The notes beneath the pieces are model-generated. The model saw nothing but the letters and a program-made list of their open reading frames with translations. It made no database searches and had not been told where the DNA came from. A program made the translations under genes and the position numbers. This document shows, piece by piece, positions 35,201-47,200 of a stretch of 64,000 nt of DNA. Within the stretch, counting starts at the first letter, position 1. Every line of letters begins with the position of its first letter. The stretch lies in the NCBI RefSeq assembly GCF_009834535.1, contig NC_045696.1:2730001-2794000 (forward strand). Direction: 5' to 3'. The DNA is from Camelus ferus. Lineage: Eukaryota.

Positions 35201-38200
35201 TGCCCAGAGGGCCTGGGAGGGGATGGGCCACCTGCCCCCAAGGATCTCTCGCAAAGCCTGGGCCTGCATGTGGTGGTAGGGGATTTAAAAACCTAGGAAA
35301 TGGGGTGAAAATCCATTCAAGAAGACGTGGGACCCCCAGTGCACCCCCATCATTCTCTGCAGATGACCGGTCTAGACGCCCCCTGCCCTGCAGACACTCG
35401 GGGTTTCTTCCCCAGAGAAACAGACCAGGGGCTGCAGACTGAGCCCAGCTGGAGAGTGGGAGGGGGCAAGGCTAGGAAGAGGAGTGGGGAAAATCTGCAA
35501 ACAGCGGGAGACCACCCACTTCTGCCCCTGCAACCCTGCTCCTGCCCCAAGCAAGAAATCAGTCCTTCTCGGGAGAAAGTGAAGTAAGAAAAGGCCGAGG
35601 GACTGGCTGAACTTGACGGTCAGTCAGCAGAAGAGCCGGCTGGCCACAGCCCAGCGCCCGACAAGCACCAAGCAGCTTTCCAGTAGCTCGTGCTTACATT
35701 TGGAAGGACAGCCGGCTGTCCCCAACTTGAAAGCCTCCATCACAAAAAGCAAACACTGGAGTGAGTGAACAGTGTGATGCAGAGGGAACAGTGGAGTGCA
35801 GAAGCCACAGAAAACGGCAGTTGTCCATGAACCCAAAACAGGGTGCTACTTCCAAAAAAAAAAAAAAGGCACAGAGGACAAAGAAGAGTCTTAGAAATTA
35901 AAACTACGCTTAAAATTTAAAACATAATAGATGGGTTGGAAGATAAAAGGAAATTTCTCAGAAAGTAGACAATGGGAAAATAAGTACAAAAATACACAAA
36001 AACCAAGACTCGGTTTAGAAGGCCCAGCGCCCGTTCATAGGGCCCTGGGAAGGGAGGCGATGCAGGCTGGGGAGGGGGGCAGGGCTGTCCGCAGGGAGCT
36101 CAGGAGACTCCCAGACTCAAGGGCATGAGGCACGAGGCCGTGCTCAGCATGGCCAATGAGAAAGACCTGCGCCTGAAACTCAGAAGAGAGGGAAGCATGC
36201 GGGAGAGGAGAAAACACAGAAAACTGGACAACGGAGCCCACGCCGACCTTCTCAAAGAAAAACAGGGACACGTGGTGCCCGCAGTGCCCTCCCGACCGGC
36301 CCCCACACAGAGACAGCCAGCAGGTCAAGGACGGGACCCCAGCGAAGTCACTTCAAGGTTTGCTGCGTCCCAATGCAGTGCACTCCCCACGCACTGATCA
36401 TGGGAAGTTTTCACAGGCGGAGTAAAGCCAAGAAAGTAGAAAAGGAGAAGGCGTGGGCTCGCAGAGAAGGGACTCCTCAGGCTGATGTGGAGGGAAGGTT
36501 CGGGAACGTGCGTAACGTGTGTAGTGCCTGGCCGAGGTGGAGACAGGAGGATACACGCCCTGAGGAGCCACGTGGCAGGGACCACCGAGAGGGTGCTGAG
36601 GAATCCGTGAGGATTCAGCCACCGATGCCATGGAGAGAAGGGGAAAAATAAACAGCTACTAACTCGGGAAGAAACGAATGTTTGAACCAGAAAAGCACTG
36701 TGATGGTGGTTACTCCCTCAGCTCAGCAGAAACCAGCACTTACATGTTCACGAGGACATTCACAGTGGAAACGATCAGCCTCGCGGTGCCTAAGTGAACG
36801 GGCACCAGCTGGGGTGGGGACAGGGCACCCAGAGCACAACAAAAAGCCCAAACTATAGGTTTTACAGGGTGAGACAAGAGGGGGGTTTTATTTAAAATCA
36901 TGGAGGAAAACAGCAAAAGAAAAGGCTAAAAGTTCTGAGAGCGGGTGCCTGAGGGGAGCAGACGGGGCGGCGAGGGAGGGCCGGGAGCCGCTGGCCTCTC
37001 AGCACCCTGGACACGGAGTGACTTGATTATTAAGGAGAGAATTCAAAGTAACTGTGAGGGGTAAAAAGGAGGCAAAACCCTAAAATATATGAATAATAGT
37101 TGCGCCAATAAGACCACCCGGGGAGAGGGCAGAGGGACGAGACCGGTGACATCTCCCTCCCCGGCGCCCCTTAGTGCCTGGAGGGAAGTGCTTTTAGGCG
37201 GGAGGTACTGCCAGCGTAATTAAGGGCTTTTCAGTCAAGGTGGCCCAGGAAGAGCGTCCAACTGCAACGCCTGACCAGCCCCAGGCCAGGAAGAGCCCCA
37301 CGGCAGGGCATTCTCCGGGGAAGCGCGGGGACGCTGTGCTAAAATCACCCCGGGGCGCCCCGACCCCGCCCGGCGCCGGGGGAGCCGCCTGCGGGGCAGG
37401 CCGGGCGGCAGCACAGCGGACGCTCCCAGGGCGCCGCCTGTTCTCTGAGCAGAGCAATCCTGACAGTTTCTAACACAAACCCCGAGTGATCTGAAGCACA
37501 GCAGAAACCCAGACTTTGGCCCGGTGAGAAGGGGAAAAAGCCCAGAGCGGCCCAAAGAGCTGCGACAGAATCGTACGTATAAATGTACAGGTTTTACTCG
37601 AAGAGGCTGTTTCCTCTTCTTCCTGTGAGAAACCCCGAGGGGCCTGTCCCTCGGGCTCCCAGCCCTGCGGCTCCAGGACGGACAGACAAGGTGGGTGTGA
37701 GGAGAGGGGACAAGGGCGGGGGGGGGGTGCTGCCAGGGCTGCGGAGGGCCAGGGCAGAAGAGGTCTGCTCGCCCGAGGGAGCCGGGCGCCCACACAGGCT
37801 CCCCGCGGGAAGGGGCTCAGCTGAAATCGCCCGAACCCGCACGTGGGCCACGTTGGCTAGGAACCTCCGCCTGCAGGCGAGTCCAGTTCGATTCTCTCTT
37901 AAACAACAGAACGAATGACCCTCTACCACACCAGTAAGGCGTTTGACTTCAGAATGTTTTCTCCTGAAGACAGTTCACTGCAGTATGAGGAAACGCTCCA
38001 CAAACCAGCGTTACGTCCACAGCTACTGTAAATGGGCAACTTCAGGGCGAGGGGGTTGGTCGGGGGTGAGACCCGTCTGGGCCTCAGAAGTCACCTCACA
38101 TCCTGGGCCGGTGTGTGCCGGGATGGCCTCTGCCCACGCCGCCCCAGGCCCTCCCGTACCTGCGACCTGGTTTAGGAAAACCCTGACCTCCCTGAGGCCG

Positions 38201-41200
38201 GGCCTCCAAGTTGTAAATGAGGATGTAGAATGTACCCATGCAGCCCAAGCACAGAGAACGAACACAAAGAGTGAGTCCGTGTTCTTAAGTAAGAACTAGT
38301 AACAAAATACTGCTTCTGCTTTAAACCTAAGTGTGAAAGAAAGAAAAGCATGCGTGTATCTGCAGAATGTAAAGGCTCAGAGACGGCTGGATGGCCAAGG
38401 TCTGGCCAGCACATCCCGGCACCTCCAGCTCTGTCACCCAGCCCTGCCCCTGTGGCCTGAAAGTCCTGCCTGGAGGTTCCGCCATGAACTTCCGCAGGCC
38501 TGGAGGGTGCGTCTACGCCGCCACCTGTCCCCTGCAGCAGAGGCGACACCACACCCAGGGTTGGACTGGACAACATCAGTCGCCCGCGGGGAGGGACAAC
38601 ACAGGACTTCTCCTTCCTCAGAGTCCCCTGAACTTTGCAACAATGGGGAGATGAAGAGTGAAAAGGGAACAGAACACTGACGTTCAGATGAGCTGGAGAC
38701 GCCGCGGGAAAGCGAGTCTGAGACAAAGGATCTCTCTCACGTGGAGGGAACAGCTGGGGCCACGTTCCACCTGCGTCCCCACACCTGTGCCGCCCGCCCC
38801 ACACCCTTCCCGGGAACCGTGCCCGCACCTGGGAGTTCTGGATCCTGATCGTGCCAGGCGACAATGCCTGGGTCACCACCTGGCCTTGGGGAGTGACGAC
38901 TGTGACAGGCTGGTAGACTGTGCCACCTGGAAAAGGAACAGGGAAAGTTAAATCCCTCTCACAACTCAGCGATGAGAGCGTCTTCTCAGTGTGCTCAAGG
39001 AAGGGACACAGCCTGTGGCGTACGAGCTTTGGAAATCATGTCAAATGGTCCACAGTGTTCTGCCAGGTGACCTGCCACCCAGCGGGGGAGCAGGTGCCAG
39101 GCGGGCGGCCGTGGCCCCTCACCACCCAGGGCAGGGGATGGGGGAGGGCTGGGAGGGGCGCGGTCTGCGCCTCTCTTCCGTGGCTCACCTCTACTTCCTC
39201 CTTTCCCCACAGTCAGTGTGTAGGGAAGGACTTGGCCAAGGTGTCTGACAACAAATACTTTTATTCTACTTATTTTTTTGATTCAACGTGCTTTCGACTT
39301 CCGATGGAGGCTTCCGTTTGAGCAATTATGTGGGGGGTTTAGTGTAAAGGCTCCACTCCCCCCAAGCCCCACTCCACTTTCATGATGGTTCTGTGTATGC
39401 AACGTACAACAAAAACCATTACAGGAAGGGGACAGATTCTAGAGGCCTGTGGTGCGCCTAGAACAAGTAATCCTGACCTCCAGGCTGCATGTTCATCTGC
39501 GTGTCATTAAGTAATAGCTCTGCTTAAGATCTTCCAGTGCTGCTGGAGCACAATTAAAAGCTATGTTATTTGAAAATTATAACTGTTTTTGCAATATATT
39601 TTTAACTCCTATAAAACCTTTCTTCCCAATACTTTTTGACAGGAAAACACAATTTGCATAAAACATTCGTTACTGAGAATTAACAAGAATCAGGCATTCA
39701 AAGAGCTCCAGGCCTTGGCGCTCCTCTGTCGGGAGCCGGCGTTAACTAAAACCTGTAGTTTTGAACTTCTTCATTCTACTATAAAGGCTTTTTTTTCTGC
39801 AAAAGCTCAAGGAAAGTGTCCCTATTCCTGTCTTCGTACCTGCCACTGTTGCCATGGTTACGTTCCCCTGTTGCAGCGCGGACGCCGGCACCACGATTCC
39901 TTGGGGGCTGAGAGTGCCCGTGATGGCACTTTGAATCTGCTGTAAGTCACAGATACACAGTGAAGGGATGAGTAGAAAACAGGAGACCCACGTTTACAAC
40001 TTCAGAACAAGTGGCATAACAGTATCACTAATGAAGGAAAGCTGCCTGAGGCACAGAGCGTATCAGACGACAAGCCTTCCGGAACGCATGCGTTACATAC
40101 ATACCTGGAAACCTGGAGGCAAAACTGACTGAACATTAAGTATGATGATCAATACTGAGATACTAGTTTCAACTGAGCTTCCAAAAGATGACCTTTCATC
40201 TCATCAGCATACTAAACACACCCTACGGCCCTGGAAGACCAAAATTACCTAATCTCATCACACAGCTTTTCCATTCAATTTGGCTCAGACTCTTTTCCAG
40301 GAACCAAAGTCTCCCGGACAGGATGAGCTATTCTCCAAAAGATTACGCCACAGGCTGGGGAGTCAACCCCGGCGCCTGCACGCTCCGTGCCTGCCCTCCC
40401 CATGTCGAAGCCCTCGTGTTCACATTTGTGGGGTGTGGGGCCTGGGCCTGGCCTACAGTAAGCTCCATGCACATGTCTATAAACACCGCGTCGGAGCTTC
40501 CACTCTTCCACTCATGTGAAGGCAGATCCTAAAGGGCTAATGTATCCATTTGCAGTCAGGGTGAGGTGGGGACTGGTGAGGGAAGGGATCTCTGCCCCTG
40601 GCATCCAGCACAGGGTCTGGCACGCAGCAGACACCCAGGAACTTGAACAGCTAAACAGTGGATATCCTTCAAAGACAATTACTCTGTGGGCTACTACATC
40701 AATTTGAAAGCAGAAGCTTTGGTAGGTATATAGAAAGTCTGCCACATTACCCTTGTCAGAATCAAAATTAAGCCACCCAAATCAGTGATTTAAGCCCCAC
40801 ATCAAGAACCTAGAAAGAGAGGAAAGAAATGAAAGCAACACAAAAGGAAGGGACAGATACTCTGAGTGGCCCTGTAACTATTAAGGAAGCTGAATTAGCA
40901 CTTCTAGAACTTTCAAAAAGAAATCTTCAGGTCTAGGTAGTGTCACTGGAGAAGTCTACCATTTAAAGAAGAATTAATGCCAGCTCCACACAGTCTCCTC
41001 CAGAAAACAGAAGAGGAGAAAACATTCTCCAACTCATTTTATGAAATTTGTATTATCCTGATAACCAAACCTAGCCAAGGACTATACCATGAAAGATTAA
41101 TTACAGATGACTGCCCCTTAATGTACACACAAAAATGCCTTAAAAATATTAGCAAACAGAATAAGGCATCTGTATAAAAGAATTATGTGCCGTGACCAAG

Positions 41201-44200
41201 TGGAGTTCATTTCACGAACGCAAGGCTCGCTCGATATTGAAAAAATCAAGTAATGTCACCTGTCATGCTGGCAGGTGAAAGGGGAAACATCACAGAACCA
41301 TATCAACTCACGTGGGAAAGCATCTGACAAAATTTAATGTAATAAAAACTCCCGGAAAAACAGGAACAGAGGGGTGCTTCTTTAACTTGACACAGGATAT
41401 CTAGAAAAAAAAGCTACCAGTAAAACTGTAACCAACAAGGAAGGGCGGAACGCGTTCCCTCTGCAGCTGGGGAGACGCCCGCTCTCCCCACCCATTCAGG
41501 CAGCACGGGACGCTCTGTCCAGTGCGACAAGGCAAGAAAAGGAAATAGAAAGCATACAGATCAGAAAGGAAGAGACGGAACCGTCCCTGTTTGCAGACGA
41601 CAAAACTAAACAGGTAGATAACCCAAAGAAACTACAAAAAGGACCTTCTAGGACTATTGAGTTCATTGAGGTCATAGGATACAAGGTAAACATGGAAAAA
41701 TCAACTGGATTTCTACATGTTAGCATGGACTCTGAAGTTAAAAATAAAGTACCATTTACACTGGTCAAAAAAAGGAATACTTAGGTGTAATTCTAAAAAC
41801 ACATGTGCAGGACTTGTATGTCAAACACTACAAAACACTGATGAAAGAAATCCTAGAAGCATAAATAAATGGAAAGAACACCACGTTTGTGGACTGGAAG
41901 AGTCAAGAAAGTAATGATGTCAGTTCTCCCCAAAATGATGCACAGGTTTAATGCAATTCCTATCAAAATCTCAGTAACATTTTTGGTAGATACACACAAA
42001 ATTATTCTAAAATTTACATGGAAAGGCAAAGGAACTAGAATAGCTAAAATAATTTTGAAAAAGATGAATAAAGCAAGAGGAATCAGTGAACCCAGTGTTG
42101 AGACTTACACAGCCACGGGAATCCAGACTGCACGGCACACGTACAGAGCAGGTAACACAGAAACAGGCCCTGCAAACACACCCAACTGATTTTGGACACA
42201 GGTGCAAAGCAGCTCAGTGCAGGAAGAGCTGCCTTGTTGACAAATGGTGCTGGAGCAACTGGACGCCCAGAGGCAAACGCACAAACCTCAAAATGGGCCA
42301 CGGGTTTAAACGTAAAATATAAAACTTTAGGTTAAAAAAGAGAGAGAGAGAGAAAATCTTTGGGATCTAGGGCCCGGCAAAGAGTTCTTAGACTTTACAG
42401 TGAAAGTATGACTCATAAAAGGAAAAGTTGATAACTGGGATTTTATCAAAATTAAAAATGTTTGCTCTGCAAACGACCTTGTTAAGAGGCTGAAAAGTGG
42501 GGGGAGGGTGTGGTTCAGTGGTAGAGCACGTGCTTGGCATGCATGAGGCCCGGTTCAATCCCCAACACCTCCCCAAAAAAGGAGAATGAAAAGACAAACT
42601 ACAGACTTGGAGAAAATATTCGTAAACCACGTGCCCAGTAAAGGACTAGTGTGTAGCACACTCTCAGGGGCTAACAGGTTTTAAATATCCAGTTAGAAAA
42701 CAGGCAGAAGACAAGAGCGGACAGTCTCCCAAAGAGGGCGCAGATGGACAGTGAGCACGTGACAGACGGCAACGCCACTAGCCATCGGGGATGCGCAAAG
42801 CACAACCACCAGGAAATGTCACCACGTGCCTGCAGAGCGCTAACTGACAGCGACGAGCTTGAGGGCACCATGCTGCATAAAACAGGCCAGACACAGAACA
42901 CACACAGTACGACTGCCTCTCACAAGGGACCCAGGTTAGTGACATTCACAGAGACAGAGCGGAGTGGCAGGGGCTGCGGCTGCGGGAGGGGGAAAAGCAG
43001 TCGGTGTCTCCTGGGGACAGGGTCTCAGTTTGGGAAGATGGAACAATCTGGAAGCGGATGGAGGTGATGACTGCACAACAGTGTCAATGCGCTTAATGTC
43101 ACCTAGCTGAGTGCTTTAAAATGGTTAGCTGGCAAACTTTATGCTATGTGTATTCTACCACAATTTTAAAAATACATCTTAAAAAAAGAGAAAGAAAGAG
43201 ATGAATGGTACTCTGGTCTCCAGAAACGTGGACTCCAGGCTCCAGGCCACAGACTGAGGACCTCACTTCATTCACTGCAGAAGCAGCTGGGGCCTCTCCC
43301 AGCCCGAGGGAATTCAATGTCAGAGCAGGCCAGGTCCCCGGACCCGGGGGTCCTTGGCGCAGCACAGCCACACGACAGCCCACAACTCTGACGGGCTGGT
43401 GTAGCAACACGCGCCAGCCCTGCAGACGCTCCGGGACCGGGACGTAGTACCTGGGACTGGACGGGAGAGTATGGGCTTCCGGGTTCCCCACTCAGGAGGG
43501 TTTCACTGTTCATTTTCGTTTTTAGACAAGCAATATATCGACTGCAGAAATCTTTGCAGAGTTCATTAACCTTCTCCAGCTCAAGGAGATGAATACGCAA
43601 AACCTGGATTGCTTTCACCATCTAGAAGCAGAGAAAATCAAGACTTTCAGACAAGAAAAAGGTGGCGCAGTGGTAAGGTACAAGTACCAGCACACAGCTG
43701 ACCACTGGCATGAACATTGTGCAGCGTGGCCATCCGCACTGCCAGTAACAGAGGGAAAACACCAGAGATTATGCAGAACAACAAATCGTTCCAGCCCCAT
43801 CGGGCTGCGGCTCGGGGTTTGGGATCCTCCTGGTGTGCAGGGAAGACGGACCATCCCTGAACCGCCCCAGACAGTCACGGCACCAGGAGATGGCCGGGCC
43901 CCTGCCCAGCCCCACCACGGGCTCGCTACAGGCTTACCCTCGCTCTGCTCCTGTTTCTTCATCTCTAAATGGGGATGAATCCGGACCCACCTCCTAGGAG
44001 GTTCTTAATTTTGAAGAAGTTCAACTTACCAACTCCACCTTTTATGGTTTCTGCTTTTGGTGTCCATGCAAAGAACTCTTTGCCTAGCCCTCGATTAGCC
44101 CTGGTTCTAAAGATTTTCTCTTACAATTCCCCTATAAGTTCTATGGTTTTATATGCAGTCACTACATTGGGAGTAATCTGCCCCCAGCGGTAGACAACTG

Positions 44201-47200
44201 ACACTAACGAAGACCTGTTACCATGAGCACCACTTGCTGTGAACCCTCAGCCTAAAACTCAGCTCCTTCCCCGTGACCTTGTTGGTGGGTTCACACCGTC
44301 GGGGAATGAACCAGTCAGCCGGTCAATAACGAGAGTGAGTACCAGGCATCAAGCCTGCCGGGCCCTGTGCTACGGAACTGGGCAGGAGAGCCCGGCCCCT
44401 GGCAGCCCGGGCCCACGCTGGCCACACCTGCTTCCTGCTCGCTGGCGGCTGCATCACAGATTCAGAGGCAGAGACAGCCTCTGGTCCTCACCCTGGAAAG
44501 GAAGGTGCTGTTAGTCCCATTTCAAAGGTGAGGAGACCGACTGACAACGCACCCGTAAAATTCACTTGGCTGTAAGGGTCGAATATGTAATGAGAAATTA
44601 AAAGCAACCACGACAACACTGCCACCTGAGACCAGGGCAACTTCTTCAGGGAAAAGTTTTCCAAAGACCTTTCCCTGCTGGTCAGGGCCTATGGTTTTGG
44701 TCCGAGAGCCCGCGGGCTCTGAAGGGGGAAGGCTGGAGACCTGGGGACACTCCAGCCGCACACAGTAAGCTACTCATGAACTGTACGGTCCTCCGCCTCA
44801 GCAGAGCTTCAAACGACCCAGAGTTCTAATTAGAAATTTAAAATTTAGTGAACAGATTTTAAATTTAGAAGAAATAAAAAATGAAAACACTTCTTTTACT
44901 TACTAAATTGTCAGTTTCTGGATCTTCACAAAAGAAGGGTTTTCCTTCCTTCTCTTGTTTCCTTACGAAATTCTCAATGTCCACGTCAAAGCTGGCAGAT
45001 GTGCTGCCTTCCGAGCCCTGGGTAGACTGCTCGCATTTTTCAAACAACAAAGCTAATAATGGAAATAGTGGATGCCTGGGGGAAAAATTTTAAAAATATA
45101 TGTTGTACATTTCCCTGAGAATGTATGTACATATGCACCATTTTACATAACAGCTCTACTGCGATGTAACTCACATGTCACACGGTTCCCTCGCTACGGC
45201 TTACACATCAGTGGCCTCAGTATACTCACAGAGATGTGCAACTCTCACCACGGTCAATTTTATAACATTTCATTTTCCCCAAAAGAAATCCAGCAGCTAT
45301 TAGCAGTCAGTCTCCATTTCCCCCCAAACCCCAGCCCTAGGCCACCACTAACCTACCTCCTGTCTCTACAGATCTGCCAGTTCTAGACATTTCCCATAAA
45401 TGGAGTCATACACCGTGTGACCTTTCATGTCTGGCTTCTTTCACTTAGTGTGATGTTTTCAAGGCTCATCCATGTTGTGACACCAGTCAGTACTCCATTC
45501 CTTTCTGTGGCCATGTAGCATTCCATTGTTTGGTTAATACCACTTGTACAGTTTTAAAATTTACCTTGGAGCCACACTCCGTTTGAGAAGATTTTTTAAT
45601 AGTATATAAGATTAGGTCAAGGATCTTTTCTTTGCACATGGATGTCCAGTTGTTCCAACACCATTTGTTGAAAAGTCTACTTTTTCTCCACTGAGAAAAT
45701 CAGGGAGATGGATTTGCCCAACTTCATTCCTCTTTTTCCAAATTGTTTTAGCTGGTCTAGTTCTCTTGACTTTCATGTAAAATTTAGAATTAACTTGTCT
45801 ACATGTACAAAAATATCCCGCAAAGACTTTAACTGGGATTGCTATAGAGCTATACATCAATTTTAGGAGAAATGACATCTTTACCATGTTGAGTCTTCCA
45901 ATCCATGAACATGGTATGTCCTTTATGTAGGTGTTCTTTGATGGCTTATAGTGGCATTTTATAGTTTTCAGCATAAAGGTTCTGTATGTGTTTTGGTAGC
46001 TTTATATCTAAATTTTTTTGGCGCTCTTGTAAATGCTATTATCTTTTTAATTTCAGTTTCCAGTTGTACATTACTGGTACAGAAACAGGAATGGTTTCTC
46101 TGCATTCCTCTTACAACCTGTGGCCTTATTAACTCAATTATTTAGTTCTGGTAGCTTTTGGTACACTCTTTGTGATTTTCTATATATAGATAATCATGTT
46201 ACTTAGGCATAAAGCCAGTTTCATTTCTTCCTTTCTAATCTGATAAGCCTTTTCTTTTTTCTTTGCCTCACTGAACTGGTGAAACATTCACTACTGTGCT
46301 GAACAGGAAGTCAGAGTGGACACCTCTGCATGATTCCCAATCTCAAGGGGAAACATTCTCTCTTTCACCAGTAAGCACGAGGTGAGCTGTAGGTTTTTTT
46401 CAGTTGCCCTTCCTCAGGTTAAGAAAGTCCCCTCTATTATGGCTTTGTTGAGGGTTTTTAATGGTAACTGGCTATTGACCTCTGTCAAATGCTTCTCTGC
46501 ATTGCTTGGTATGATGACATTGTGTTTCTCATTGGTTGATCTCTGAATGATGAACCAGTCCTGCACTCTTGGGATAAAGTCCACTTGGTCACTAAATGTT
46601 CTTTTTATATGTTGCCAGATTTTATTTGTTACTATTTTATTGATGACTTTAATGTCTAAGTTCATGAGGCATACTGGTCTTCACTCTTCTTTTTTGTATT
46701 GTCTTTGTCAGGCTTCAGTATCAGTAGGATCCTCAATTCATAAAAGGAGTTCAGGGTGTTCCCTCGTCTTCTCTCCTCTGGATGAGACTGCGTAGACTCG
46801 CTGTTTGTTTCTTCTCTGTATTTCTGTAGAATTCGCCAGCACAACCATCTGGGCCTCAAGGTTTCTTTCTGCAAGGCTGACTAAAATGTAGATTTACATT
46901 CCCAAACTTTTTTTTTTTTTAAAGATATTAGGAAAAACGTCGTAATGTGAGAAAGCTTTCACCCAGCAATTAGCACATTATGCCTTACTACTCTGCCTTT
47001 AATAGCTCATGTCCCATTTAACAAGGTTTTCTGTTCTCACTGCTCCTCTGTACACCCCTATGCCCCACGTCTCATCGTTACCTATAAATGGCCTGCTTGT
47101 CTGCATCCATCGGTGTCTGGGACCCCACGGGGGGAGGGCTCACTCCTTCCACATCTGGTTCAGAGCAATTGGGGTCTTGCTCGGTTTTTAACTCTGTTAC

